From positions 123,814,001-123,878,000 of the forward strand of contig OX597814.1 in assembly GCA_951406725.2 (NCBI GenBank): DNA of 64,000 bases. The letters run 5' to 3'. The DNA is from Octopus vulgaris (Eukaryota). The notes under the pieces are model-generated. The model had not been told where the DNA came from and made no database searches. It saw only the letters and a program-made list of their open reading frames with translations. Below, one piece after another: positions 1-13,461 of the stretch (position 1 is its first letter; each line of letters opens with the position of its first letter). The translations under genes and the position numbers were made by a program.

Positions 1-30
1 GGATGACTTGGTAGAAACGGCCGTAAGTGA
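1..30 (+). ncRNA. 3' part of a minimal type I hammerhead ribozyme-like motif, cut by the window start
   Basis: GGA-T-GAC-TTG-GTA-GAA-ACGGCCGT-A: GAAA core followed by a palindromic stem III (ACGGCCGT) and a GUA site, as in Penelope pLTR HHRs. The 5' CTGA would lie outside the window. Confidence 0.45.
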
Positions 31-424
31 TTTGTTTCTGTACACTCATCTATTACTATTTACTCATTTCTCTCTATATATCTGTTTGTGTATCTATTGG
101 CTGATCTCATATTCCTTTACTTGTACCACTTAAACACATGTTTGTTATCATTTAATAAATAGATATGATGTAATGTTTACCAGCTGATGTTCGTCGATTT
201 TATATCCTCTCCATTTTCTTATTTGCCTTATAAATCTTGGGTAAATTTCCAATTTACCCCCACCTATACCTAGTATTCAATTGTAATATTGCCATGCAAT
301 AGTAAGCAATTTGTTAAAAATATGTAGGTACACATCCAGTAGTATATGGATATTTAATATCCCTTAGATGGTTTATTAACCTTAACAACTTATACAGACA
401 TATATATATATGTGTGTGTGTGTG

Positions 425-459
<35 letters not shown>

Positions 460-460
<1 letters not shown>

Positions 461-668
461 TAAAGCACCATCCTGGCCTAGCTCTGTCTGGCACCTGTGC
501 GGGTGGCACTCATACACGGAGTGGTTGGCGTTAGGAAGGGCATCCAGCCGTAGAAACACTGCCAGATCTGACTGGGCCTGATGAAGCCTTCCAGCTTCAC
601 AGACCCCAGTTGTGTCCAACCCATGCTAGCATGGAAAACGGACGCTAAATGATGATGATGATGATGAT
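460..668 (+). mobile_element. RTE 3'-UTR-derived repeat ending in (ATG)n
   Basis: GAGTGGTTGGCGTTAGGAAGGGCATCCAGC...CCAACCCATGCTAGCATGGAAA motif. Further copies at about 14955-15375(-), 16690-16940(-), 24375-24840(-), 29120-29320(-), 30780-31060(+), 36360-36580(-), 37130-37470(+), 43350-43600(-), 51830-52100(+), 54710-54925(-). Confidence 0.8.
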
Positions 669-673
669 ATATA

Positions 674-764
<91 letters not shown>

Positions 765-766
<2 letters not shown>

Positions 767-940
767 AGTGGACAAGTGGAGGAGGAGATTGGGAGGGTTG
801 GCTTGAGAAGGGAGGATGCTCAAAAAAGTGCAAGATGGCGAGATGGTGTGAAGGTGGCTGCTATGGCATTGAGGTAGATCTGGCCACCTCCGTTAACAGG
901 AACAAACCCGGATTTAAAATACTGGATATTGATGATGATA
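765..940 (+). mobile_element. RTE-clade LINE 3' end fragment
   Basis: Translates WSGQVEEEIGRVGLRREDAQKSARWRDGV (RTE C-terminus), followed by a short 3' tail ending in GAT repeats. Confidence 0.6.
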
Positions 941-1235
941 CATAGATAGTCAATAAAAGATACAATAAAAGGAGCACACTCTAAAGAAAAGACACAGTTA
1001 ATATGGTGCAATGATCCAGTGGTGTTATCGCTATGGTTATCACTACTGGTCATATGGTTGGTAAAGTAGCTACTGGTGTTAGTGCGGACGTGGCCAGTGG
1101 TGACATTAGGTGCAGGGCTGGTCATCCCATCAGTGTTTAAGAAATATGTTTTAAAACATGTTTCTATGAGTGTGTGTGTATGTGTGTGCATGTGTGTATA
1201 TGTATCTGTGCCTGGGCAAGCATTTATGTTGGTAT

Positions 1236-1830
1236 TATTATTAAAACAAAAATTTAAATTTTGGACATAGAGTTACCAAAGGTTTCATATCCACAAAGCC
1301 AAAGCCTTGTGGATAGCTTGTCAGACTCAATACAAAGTCAAAACGTTTAAACTTTCTACATTGCGAACATGAGGAAATACTCAGAAATTTAAATTTAAAA
1401 CTTAGCATATAAAAGCGTTAATGAGGATGGGATGTCTCCCCTGAACCAAAGGATAAAGCAACCATTATAGACCCGAAAAAGCTTAACTAGCAAACGGAGA
1501 GATCCAATTTTCCAGTAGGTAGTGTTTGAAGTGGACACATTTAGAAAAAAACTTCTTTACGGCTATTTAATGCATCAGGTTTAGTAAAGTCCTTAAGAAT
1601 TTTGGCTCTCTCTGCAATGCAGATTTTGCAATGGCCAGTCACATTAATATATGGACCTGGATGATCTATTATTTTCTGATATACATTAGCACTCTGATCT
1701 TTGAGGTGCCACATGTGGCAGGCCATTAACATTGACAACATCTTTCTGGGACTCTGAAGGATGACTGGTGGTTGTGGAAGTGACGTTTGAAAGATGTACT
1801 GGCAGATCTGATAAATTTACAAACTTAGGA
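1236..1830 (-). mobile_element. Penelope-like element 3' fragment (GIY-YIG C-terminus plus pLTR)
   Basis: STSFKRHFHNHQSSFR, CHMWHLKDQ, CKICIAERAKIL, LNSRKE motifs; HHR-like motif in the 3' UTR. Confidence 0.8.
1270..1328 (-). ncRNA. Type I hammerhead-like motif, G8A variant
   Basis: Minus strand: GAGT-CTGACAA-G-C-TATCCACAA..TTGTGGATA-T-GAA-ACC-TTT-GGT-A-ACTC. Stems I, II and III all pair; G8 is A, consistent with CpG decay. Confidence 0.65.
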
Positions 1831-2547
1831 TGTGGCTATATTTGCACTCCTGGTATATCTCCAATAGGCTCTGGACCTGGGGATGCTGTTGATAACACCA
1901 TTGTTGATGCAGTCAGTATGGTGCAATGATCCAGTGGTGTTATCGCTATGGTTATCACTACTGGTCATATGGTTAGTGATGTAGCTACTGGTGTTAGTGC
2001 GGGCGTGGCCAGTGGTGACATTAGGTGCAGGACTGGTTATCCGATCAGTGTCGATGATAATTGTTTGGTCATCATCTAAGGGTACATTACAGTGTGTGCT
2101 GGATACTTTTAACATGGTACTGATATGAGTGCTTTTACATGGTGCCAGCAGGAGTACTTTTTACATGGCACCGGTGCAGGACATTTACAAGCTAATCCTC
2201 TTCACCAGGGGGAACAGCTTTAACACTCCTTCTTTAACAAGTCTTCTTGAGTACAGCAAGGCACCAGGTATCTCAGTTCTTTGTCATCTCATCTGAAAGG
2301 CTCAGCATCATGAGGTCATCCTTCAGTACTTCGTCCTATGTCTTCTTGGGTTTCCCTCTTCCATGTGTTTCATTCATTTTGAGAAATTGGTAGTTCTTTA
2401 TGGAGCTGTTGGCATCCCTCCGTATTACACAACCAAACCAACAGTCTTTTCTCTTGCACACCTCATCTAATTCTTCTTATGCCTAACTTCTTTCTCAATA
2501 CATTAGCACTCTGTTGAACATGTACATTAACATTACAACATTACACT

Positions 2548-2958
2548 GGCGCAGGAATGGCTGTGTGGAAAGTAGCTTGCTTACCAACCACATGGTTCCG
2601 GGTTCAGTCCCACTGCATGGCACCTTGGGCAAGTGTCTTCTACTTTAGCCTCAGGCCGACCAAGGCCTTGTGAGTGGATTTGGCAGACGGAAACTGAAAG
2701 AAGCCAGTCGTATATGTATATATATGTATATGTATGAGTGTGTATATGTTTGTGTGTCTGTGTTTGTCCCCCAACATTGCTTGGCAACTGATGCTGGTGT
2801 GTTTACGTCCCCATAACTTAGCGGTTCGGCAAAAAGACACCGATGTAATAAGTACTAGGCTTACAAAGAATAAGTCCTGGGGTCGATTTGCTCAACTAAA
2901 GGTGGTGCTCCAGCATGGTCACAGTCAAATGACTGAAACAAGTAAAAGAGTAAAAGAA
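2548..2958 (+). mobile_element. tRNA-derived SINE family A with internal (TA/TG)n
   Basis: A/B-box head (TGGCTGTGTGG...GGTTCAGTCCC), ACCTTGGGCAAGT core and a (GTAAAAGA)n tail. Other copies at about 6392-6812(-), 9113-9532(-), 11512-11997(-), 18705-19101(-), 26484-26906(+), 36710-37092(+), 40160-40553(+), 47870-48093(+), 50139-50615(-), 58541-58988(+), 60482-60853(+). Confidence 0.88.
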
Positions 2959-3454
2959 TATCCACTGGAGCATACTAGCCTCATTCCTCTCTAGTCTTCG
3001 CATGTCTTCTGCATTCAGTACCCACATCTCACTGCCATGTAGAATTGTTGTCCTCATACATGCATCAATTTTCCTTTCACTGGAAGAGAGAACTCTTTAC
3101 TTGCCAACACAGGTAAAAGCTCTCTGAATTTTCTCCATCCTATTCTAATTCTAGCTATTACACTCTGTGTACATCCTCCCCTACTACTAATTTGGTTCCC
3201 TAGGTGGCAAAAATTATCCAACAGGACATTTAAGAAAATCAATTTCCCGAGTGACTGTAGATTTTATGGATCCTGTGCATCTTTCACATATGAACACTAT
3301 TTCTCTGTTAAACTTCCTATTATTCCACTGCAAATTTTGTGAGTGCATGGCTTAGATTGGGTACACCATATGGAATTCCTGCCAACATCTTTCCTACAAA
3401 TCAGACAGGGCCACTTACCTGAAGTTGGTGGGGTCTGTCTGTTTTCTTGCTTGA

Positions 3455-3776
3455 CCTGAAAAACCATAACCAGCAAACGGGGAGATCCAATTTTCCAGCA
3501 GGTAGGCTTGAAGTGGACACATTTAGAAAAAAATTAATGTGCCAGGTTTAGTAAAGTCCTTAAGAATTTTGGCTCTCTCCATAATGCAGATTTTGCAATG
3601 ACCAGTCACATTAAATATATGGACCTGGATGATCTATTATTTTCTGATATCCCATGCGGCCCCTTGATCTTTGAGGTGCCACATAATGGCAGGTCAGGGA
3701 CATGACAAACTATCTTTCTGGGACTCTGAAGGATGACTGGTGGTTGTGGATGTGACGTTTGAAAGATGTACTTGCT
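3455..3776 (-). mobile_element. Second copy of the Penelope GIY-YIG C-terminal fragment, inside the RTE
   Basis: Closely matches about 1485-1800 (AGCAAACGG.GAGATCCAATTTTCCAG...GAAAGATGTACT). Confidence 0.8.
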
Positions 3777-5002
3777 AAGTTAACAATAAGGTCCTTAAAT
3801 TCCAGGTTTTGCTTCCACACCTGTAATTTCTTTTCTAACTCTGATATATAATCTGTTATGAGAGCAAAATCATCAGCATATAGTAGTTCTCAGGGTCTGC
3901 CAGTTTTTAATTCCTCTGTTATGGCTTAGAGGACAATGATGAAAAGAAGGGTGCTGAGGACTGAGTCTTGATGAACGTTTGGCTGCACACCAAATTCTTC
4001 ACTGTACTCGTGGTTAAATCTCACCTTACTGACAGTGTCTCTGTACATGGACTGTACCACTTTCATAAGCCACTTGCCCTCCATTTCACACAACAGGATA
4101 TTCTATCATAGGCTTTCTCTAGATCAATGATTGCCAGGTATAATGGTTTATTCTTAGCTAAGCACTTCTCTTGCAGTTGCCTTACTATGAAAATGGCATT
4201 AGTACTGCTTCTCCCTGGGCAGCACTGATGGTGTGTGCTGGGTTGTAGTGACTAGGTTCTGCATCAGGTATAACCTCGGACTTAGCTCAACAGAAGTGTA
4301 GTGTATTGAGAAGTCGCCATTCGCCGGTAAAGTGGGGCTCACAATCTGGTATTGATTGTCTCCAGTTTTGTCACCGTAAACCCCAAACCCCTTCATGTAA
4401 GCAGTCTGGCAAACATCTTTTAAGGCACTCTCTGTATTTAGTTCCATTGCAGAATTACTGTTTGGTTTGATTTCAGAAATAGGGAAAATGTATTGGACTA
4501 AAATATTAGCTCGTGAATGTTTCTCTTTCACCAGTTTTTCTAGATCTTTCTTTAATATCACATTTTGTTCTTTAATCTTGTTCTTAATGTTATTACAGAG
4601 CTTCATGCCAAACTGCATTTCATTTCCTACCTTACAAGATATTTTGAGTATCCCAGCAGAGACTCCAGATGGACCAGAGGCTCTCCCGGTTTTCATATCT
4701 TTAGTTGCCTTATTGACCATATTGCTGTCACCTAGGATGGCTGGTCCCTCTGTTGGGTTCATGTGAGGGAGATTCCCCTTATCCTATTCATTCTCCCTTG
4801 CATAATAACTTTTCCATGTCTCTTTCTTGTCTGAATCACTAAGTGCAGGTATATGTCCAAATCACTGGGCTTCTTTCAGTTTCTGTCTAACAAATCTATT
4901 CCAAAAGTTTTGATCAACCTGATGGTATAGTAGAAGATTATTGTCCAAGGTGCCAAGCAGTGGAACTGAACCAAGAACCGTCTGATTGAGAAACAAACCT
5001 TT

Positions 5003-5233
5003 TATTTCTTTATTGCCCACAAGGGGCTAAACATAGAGGGGACAAACAAGGACGGACAAAGGGATTAAGTCGATTACATTGACCCCACTGCATAACAGGT
5101 ACTTAATTTATCGACACCGAAAGGAGGAAAGGCAAAGTCGACCTCGGCAGAATTTGAACTCAGAACATAGCGGCAGACGAAATACCGCTAAGCATTTCGC
5201 CCAGCATGCTAATGTTTTTGCCAGCTCGCCACC
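5003..5233 (-). mobile_element. tRNA-derived SINE family B
   Basis: GGCGAGCTGGC...GAGTTCAAATTC...GCCTTTCMTCCTTTCGG.GTCGATAAA central domain, resembling the MetaSINE/Sauria-type domain. Confidence 0.8.
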
Positions 5234-5734
5234 TCTTACCACACAACCACATCTGCTATGTTGATTTGTATACTGGAAACTACAATACATCTTGCAGTTT
5301 AAATGGGGGTGTTTAATAGCAAAATCAGGCCCCAGTGGGACTGTTGCTTACTTCTCTCTATAGTTTCTCTCATCAAACATGAGTAATTTGTGTCATCCTA
5401 ATGTTATCCTAGATTAATGCACAATATTTTTTGTAGAAGTATTATTGTCAAAAGAAAAAAAGTGTTAATTAGTCTGAGAAAGCACTTCTTCAGAACAGTT
5501 GAATATGGCATCAGTAAAACATAATGGTTTAAATCTCAGGTGTCACCTAGTTTCTGGAACATTCCAGCTGGAAATATAATAGAATAAAAACATTTAAGAA
5601 ATATGTTAAAAAAGATGTTTCTATGAGTGTGTGTGTGTGTGTATGTATGTGTGCCTGTGCAAGCATTTATGTCGGTATGTGGTTGTGTGTATGAGCATGT
5701 GTGTATATGTCTGCATGTGTGCTTGTGTATGCAT

Positions 5735-5790
<56 letters not shown>

Positions 5791-6612
5791 ATCTAGTAGT
5801 TATCAGTTATCTCTCAACAGAACATTACATCTGCTCATGCTGAGTCATCAAATACTTTATGGTATTGTAACATGTGCTCACCGACGCTATTTGATTTACT
5901 TTAACAACTTAATTCCGAGACATATCCAATGATGATATATGAGGGAATATTTCTTCGTCTTTATTTTTATGATATTTTCAAGTCATTTCTTTTCTTCGTT
6001 ATTCTCTCTGACTCTATCTTTTATATGCGTGTGGGGCTGAGGTGGGCCAGAAGTACAGGATCAGTGAAGTCACACAAATGCCTGAAAGAGGTATGTGAAC
6101 AGAAGGTTGACTCGCATGGGGCTCTTTTGCTTTGTGGCTGTCACTCAGAACAGATGTAGTGGCCACATGAGTTGAAGGAATTTACTGTTAGGTTCTGGTC
6201 TGAAGTTAGCCAAGTGAATCTCCTACGGATATTTCCCAGCTAGAAAAGATCAATGTTACAAGAGGACCTTCGAGGTTAGTGAATTACACTGTTTTCCCCC
6301 CATGCAACAGAGTGTTATCAAATAACTACATGCGGAAGTATACAGAGTACAGGATATAATTCTATTTAAGCTGTTCCAATTAAAGCAGAGCTTTTACTCT
6401 TTTACTTGTTTCAGTCATTTGACTGTGGTCATGCTGGAGCACAGCCTTTAGTCGAACAAATCGACCCCAGGACTTATTCTTTGTAAGCCTAGTACTTATT
6501 CTATCAGTCTCTTTTGTCGAACCGCTAAGGTATGGGGGACGTAAACACACCAGCATCGGTTGTCAAGAGATGTTGGGGGGACGAGCACAGACACACAAAC
6601 ATATACACACAC

Positions 6613-6645
<33 letters not shown>

Positions 6646-7821
6646 CATATATGCAACAGGCTTCTTTCAGTTTCCATCTACCAAATCCACTCACAAGGCT
6701 TTGGTTGGCCTGAGGCTATAGTAGAAGACACTTGCCCAAGGTGCCACACAGTGGGACTGAACCCAGAACCATGTGGTTCATAAGCAAGCTACTTACCATG
6801 CAGCCACTCCTATGCTTTTCATGACTATAAATAGGTTTGCCAAAGATTTTCTGTAATATAAGTGGAGTCACTAGTGCAGCCTGGTGGGAGGTGGGGGGCT
6901 TGGGCAGTAGGGGCTTCCACCCTGGGTGGCACTTATAAAGGGGTAGCACTTTTGGTTCTGCTGTAGGCAATATGCGATTTTTTGTGGGGTCCAGGGGCAG
7001 CAAATGGAAGGGCCACCCTGGGTGACACATACTCTCGTGATGCTAGTGAGTGGTATATGCAAAGTTTGTGAGCTCCTTGTTCATAATACAGTGTCTAATG
7101 TAGGTAATCTCTTAGTGGGGTCTAGATGGATAGTGAGAAGTCTCCCTAGTCTATACTGAGCAAGACAAGAGTAAGTATTCTTTACTAATGGTCATAGAGA
7201 GGAATAGAACAAGTTAATTAATGAAAGAAAAGGAGAAGAAAACAGTTGCTGAAAAGAAGAAAGCCAACAGAATGGAAAGATCCACCAAGGCAAAAGTGAT
7301 TTTTATACTATCATGGATAAAATTTGCTCTCTGTTGTACAGCACAGAGAAAGTGTTCTTCATATTTCACCAGGGGAAGATAATTGAAACACATAAAAAGA
7401 AAGAATATGAAGGAGGAAAGAAGATGATTTGAAAATATTCTAAAAATTAATATCATCATCACCACCACCATCGCCCCCCCCATCATCATCATCAATATTC
7501 ATCATAATTTAATGTCTGTTTTCCATGCTGGCATGGGTTAGTGATGGTTTGATAAAAACTGTTGAGGCCAGGAGCCACAACTAGTTTCCGTAGTCTGTTC
7601 GGCATGGTTTCTACAGCTAGATGCTCTTCCTAATGCCAACCACTATACTGTTGCTTTTTAGGTGCTTTTACAGGTGCCTTTTTTTAGGTGCTTTTTATAG
7701 GTGCTTCCTTTAGGTTCTTTTTATAGGTGCACCACTGTTTTTTTTTAGGAAGCACCAGCACTGGTGCTTTTTACATGACAGCAGCACTGATGAAATATTT
7801 TGTCATATCATCAAATATTTA

Positions 7822-8132
7822 TATTTCGTTTTTGGATTTGGTTTACAAGATTCTTTATATGAGTTTGTGTGTTGAAGCATATTCTGTTGTGTCTGGGGAG
7901 AGTCATTTTCTTTTTGTGCCTTATAATGTAACACTCTCACAGGTAAAATTTCCACTTATTTCTTATTTTTATTTTCCTAAAATTTTCGTTGCGTCTTGCA
8001 ACCTTTTCAAGAGTCAAGACTATTGACTCTTGAAAATTTTAGGAAAATAAAAATAAGAAATAAGTGGAAATTTTACCAGTGAGTGTGTTACATTATAAGG
8101 CACAAAAAGAAAATGACTCTCCCCAGACACAA
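7822..8132. mobile_element. Foldback (inverted pLTR) Penelope-derived insertion with a 13-bp TSD
   Basis: Inverted arms span 7885-8134 around an axis near 8020. CATCAAATATTTA occurs at 7809-7821 and 8133-8145. The left arm carries an HHR-like motif. Confidence 0.75.
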
Positions 8133-9346
8133 CATCAAATATTTAGGAATAGAGTAATTAGAGTTCAGTGTGAACAACTGATTTAATAATAAAATTAATG
8201 TTTATTTATACTTATCAAGAGTATGGTACTATTGTAAAATTAAAAATCAGTGATATTTGTCCAATTTCTATATCACTCTACACCATAAAAAATCTGGAAA
8301 TGTCACCTATGGTTCCACAGCTCTATCCTTTGTCTGTTTGAAAAGTATGTTGCTTTAACTGTTTAAAGAATATGCTGCTAAATTAATCGTATGGTTTTGT
8401 AAAACTTGCTTTAAGGCTTGCACTGACTGTATGTGAAATTATGGTTCTGATGCTGTAGTTATCTGAAGGAGGTTAGGGTCAGCAGTAAAGGTAGTAGTGA
8501 GAGGGTTACCCAGAATAGACTTAGTAAGAAAGGAGTTTTACAGGCTTTGTCTGAAGAAATATTCTTTACTAAGGTTATGGATTGGAATAGACTGAGTTTG
8601 TTAACAAAGAAAAGAAAACGGAAACAAAAGAGGGAAAAGAAAAGCAATAAAAAGTAAAGACACACACACACACACATACATATAGACACACACACACATA
8701 CACCCAAACAGTGAGAATGCTATTGTAAATGAAAGAATAGTGATATGACATTTGTCGGAATAGAAGTTGAGTGAATGACAGGATGAAAGAATGACAGAAT
8801 GAAAGATAAAGAGAGGGATGAAGAAAGAGTATGAGTGAAAGAGACCAGGTAGCAAGAAGTCTGTATAAACTGCCATGAGGTTTGTATAAACTTATCAATA
8901 ACTGATTTTTCAACGGATACAGTCATATTGTGTCTGTAATCAGGTTGTAGAAATGGAACAAAACTTTTTTGACAATTCATAAAACAAGAGAAGACATGCA
9001 TACATCATGAGTGAATATGCAAAATGAAGATCGTAATTTTGCTCCTAGGCTGCAACTTAGTGGCCCTGGTTTGTTTGATTTATTATTATTTTACAGAGAT
9101 AAGATGTTTACCCTTTTACTCTTTTACTGGTTTCAGTCATTTGACTGTGGCCATGCTGGAGCACCACCTTTTAGTCGAGCAAATCGACCCCAGGACTTAT
9201 TCCTTGTAAGCCTAGTACTTATTCTATCAGTCTCTTTTGCCGAACCGCTAAGTTACGGGGGACATAAATACACCAGCATCGGTTGTCAAGTGATGTTGGG
9301 AGGACAAACATAGACACACAAACATATACACACACACACACATACA

Positions 9347-9395
<49 letters not shown>

Positions 9396-9625
9396 GACGG
9401 ACTTCTTTCAGTTTCCATCTACCAAATCCACTCACAAGGCTTTGGTCGGCCCGAGGCAATAGTAGAAGAAACTGAACACGGAACCATGTGGTTGGTAAGC
9501 AAGCTACTTACCACACAGCCACTCCCATGCCTGTTTATTTAACATTTTCACTCATGTTTTATGAATTCTTCCACTTGTAAATTGATTTGCTGTTTATAAG
9601 TTCTGTCAATCTTGTCAAATAAGTG

Positions 9626-9689
<64 letters not shown>

Positions 9690-9734
9690 TAATAGAAATA
9701 CGTTACAAAAAGAAAATAGAAACTACACGTGGAA

Positions 9735-10162
9735 ACTCCAACGTCTGGCAGCTGACTTGGCAAACACCCATGAAATTATTAACCATCTTTCAAACAATAA
9801 CTCTGAGCACCTTTTCAAACTCCACCTGTCTAACACCCATGGACATGTTTACAAAGTCAGAAAACAGCACAGCTTCCATGACTTTTGGAAACATTTTTTC
9901 ATGCTAAGAGTTGCTGAAGTATGGAACAAACTGCCGGCATCAGTTGTTAGTTGTCGGAGCACTGCATCCTTCAAAACTTCCATGCTTCCTGAGATTCACC
10001 AACACTACACCTGATTTTTCTCCTCTCCATACACACGCAAACATGTACCTGACTCATACACTGTTCATTTCCCAGACATTTGTACATTACTGCATATGCT
10101 TTATACGCACTTTTGACAAGTTGTGGTGCACCTGAGCACTGTTTCCAATAATTTCATTATTA

Positions 10163-10202
<40 letters not shown>
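9735..10202 (+). mobile_element. CR1/L2-like LINE 3' fragment with (ATT)n tail
   Basis: RLAADLANTHEII...SNTHGHVYKV...HFFMLRVAEVWNKLP; near-identical to 22180-22610. Confidence 0.8.
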
Positions 10203-10203
<1 letters not shown>

Positions 10204-11793
10204 AAGCAAGAAGAAAAATAAATGAATATGCACATTGGAAGTAAAAAAAGTAAAGGCTTTTTCTGAAAAGTAACAATAGATATATATAATTAGATGAACT
10301 GAGGTAGGAATAAAAGTAATAAAAGTCGTTATTGTGAATGGTTAAAGAGATTTAAAAGCATACCGGTATCGTAAAATTATTAATCATTGCTTTGAATGCA
10401 CACCGATTACTGAATGGTGTACACTATTAAACACAAGAGAAACTGCCTTCAACAAACAGTTTTACATGCTAGAAGTAGTCAAAACGACCAAAACCACATT
10501 TAAGAGCAATTTTCAAAAGGAATGAATAATAAAAACTTTTACCTTGTTATTTTATTCCAGTCAGACCTAGGTTTAAACATCTTTTTAGCAAATAAAATAA
10601 TTTGCTAGGCGAATTCCTCATCAGTGACCACGCCATAACACTAACATATAATTAAGAGATGAATAACACGTGTCTCATTATTATACATTATAATTTTTCA
10701 ACTTCACTGCACAAGTGCAGTTTCAGTTGGAAGTAAATGAATATATGCCGAACAAAGATATAGAATTTAATTATGAAAACTTAGTAACTTCTAAGCTGGA
10801 GTGAGACAGCATATTCTTTGTCTATCTCCTTCACTTCTTGGAAATTTTAGGTATGATTATACTAATGTGTCCATCTGTTCTAATTTAATTAAATTCTATG
10901 TCTTTGTGCAGCTGAAGATTGCTCTGCATTTTGAATTGCTGTAATGATTGCATTGTTCAATTAAATGGAGTTGCATGAAATGATCGTGCTGCATTACCTC
11001 TGGATATTCTTGTTGCTTATTTTGATTTTAGATATAGATATAGATAGATAGAAAGCAATACTAAAACAAAATGATTAAAAGCAAAGGACAATAATTAGAT
11101 GTGGGATACCTCTCATCAGATCTAGAGTCAGCACAATTTTAGTGAGTCTAAAGTCTGCAGTCTTAACACCATGGCACTACTTATCTGGATGCACTAGTGA
11201 TTGTAAACATCATTGAGTGAACATTACAAAAAAGGGATTTTAGAACATGGAGGAGAACAATATATATGTGAGATGGAAAATTAAGGATAAACTGGCACAT
11301 GTGATATAATTCAATAAAAAAGAAGAGTTGTCTTTCAACAGGAAAGAGAAAACACAAGCAAATAAACAAAGAATTCTGTCATAAAAGAAGGTATAAAGAT
11401 ATCACCTTTGTTAGAATAGAAGTTCAATGGAAAAAAAGCATGAAAGCAGGACAGAAAAGTATGTGTGTGTGTGCATGTGTAATTGTATGTGTGCGTGGAT
11501 GTATGTAAGTTCTCTCTTTACTCTCTTTGCTCTCTTTTACTTGTTTCAGTCATTTGACTGCGGCCATGCTGGAGCACTGCCTTTAGTCAAGCAAATCGAC
11601 CCTGGGACTTATTCTTTGTAAGCCTAGTACTTATTCTATCGGTCTCTTTTGCCGAACCACTAAGTTATGGGGGCAAAAATACACCAGCATCAGTTGTCAA
11701 GCAATGTTGGGGAGACAAACACAGACACACAAACATATACACACACACACATACATACATACATACATATATATATATATATGAAAGAAGCCC

Positions 11794-11839
<46 letters not shown>

Positions 11840-12572
11840 GGCTTCTTTCAGTTTCCATCTACCAAATCCACTCACAAGGCTTTGGTCGGCCCGAGGCTAT
11901 AGTAGAAGACATTTGCCCAAAGTGCTATGCAGTGGGAATGAACCCAGAACCATGTGGTTGGTAAGCAAGCAACTTACCATACAGCCACTCCAGCGCTTAT
12001 GTTTGTGTGTCCTTGTCTTGACATCAAGTAATAGTTGTAAATGAGTGTCCCTGTCATACAAGCAGTGTCATTCATTTCCAGTGTTATGCTTAAACATGTC
12101 TGGCCATGGGGAAAACATTACTTTGCTTGGAAACAGGTGAGGGTAGATGACAGGAAAAGCATCCAGCTGTAGAAAATATGTCTCAATAAACTTTGTCTGA
12201 TCCATGCCAGCGTGGAAAAGTGGAAGATAAAGATGAAGAAAATGATGATGATTACATTTGGATTTACAAACAAGTTAAAAATACATGTAACATATGTACA
12301 TGCCAGCATGGAAGGCGGATGTTAAATGACGAAGATAGCAATGACAATGAAGAGATGTAGTAGAGTTTATTTAATTATTCAAGCCTTAGTTTTCTCTTCA
12401 TTGCTACACTGACATGTTTATTTTTTTCATTTTGTTAGTATCAAAAACTAAAACTGGAAATTCATAGAAGTGATAGGGGAAAATTCAGCTTTAAATAAAT
12501 CATCATCATCGTCATCATCATCATGTTTGTCATCATCATCATTGTCAAAGTTGTTGTCACTAACATAATTAC

Positions 12573-12611
<39 letters not shown>

Positions 12612-13395
12612 TGTCATTATCATTGTTGTTGTTGTCCTTGTCCTCCTCTTTTCCCCTCCCTCCTCTCCCCTTTCTCCTCCCCCCTGATCTCCCCAATCCC
12701 CTCCTCCCTTTCCTCCCACACCCTCTCCTTTCCCACCCCATCATCATCATTATCCTCACCACCACCACCACCAAATTTTTATTTCCATTTTCCATGCTGG
12801 CATGAGTTGGGCAGCTTGTCAGGAGACCACCCCCACCATCATCTCGCCCATACATTCCAATGTTTGGCATAGTTCCTGTAGCTTGATGCCCTCCCTAACA
12901 CCAATTACTGTACCGAGAGGTTGTCATGTCCTGGACAAGGCTGAAGGACCCTTTTAAGTTTGCAATGACTTTCTTCAAATCAGTGTGGACAAAAGGTAGT
13001 GAAGAAGAAAGTGAAACAGAAGCAGAGGGTGTGAGTGCAAGGGGTAAAGGTAAGAGGTGAGAGAAAGGAGCTTTTAGTGAAAGTGGTTGAGGAAGGAATA
13101 ATGGAAGAATAGCAATGAAGTGACAGTGCTGGGATGGAGTAATGGAAGAGAGGCAGTAATGGTAGGTACATACTAGTGTGTGTATGTGTATGCATATAGT
13201 GTGTGTGTATGAGAGAGAGAATGGTGGATAGTAATAGAGATGGTTGATGACAAGAAAGTATTTTGAATTTAAACAGCAAATGGCCTGAGGAGAGGCAGTG
13301 ATGGTTTGGTTGGCAGCACAGTACTGGGAGAGAGTAATGGAAGAGAGACAGTAATATACTGGTGAGTGAATGAGGGGTAGAAGGAGACAGACGGG

Positions 13396-13461
<66 letters not shown>

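Larger units (their letters stand above)
2100..4860 (-). mobile_element. Decayed RTE-clade LINE (RT and C-terminus) with nested insertions
   Basis: KDMKTGRASGPSG, EMQFG, STNAIFIVRQLQEK, VHQDSVLSTLLF, ELLYADDFAL, ARIRIGWRKFRELLPVL; contains stops and frameshifts. Confidence 0.85.

Noticed and set aside
645-945. ORFs rich in YI, CV, HT, poly-M, poly-V or poly-D here and throughout the track
   Set aside because: They are translations of (TA)n, (CA)n, (ATG)n and (GTG)n microsatellites.
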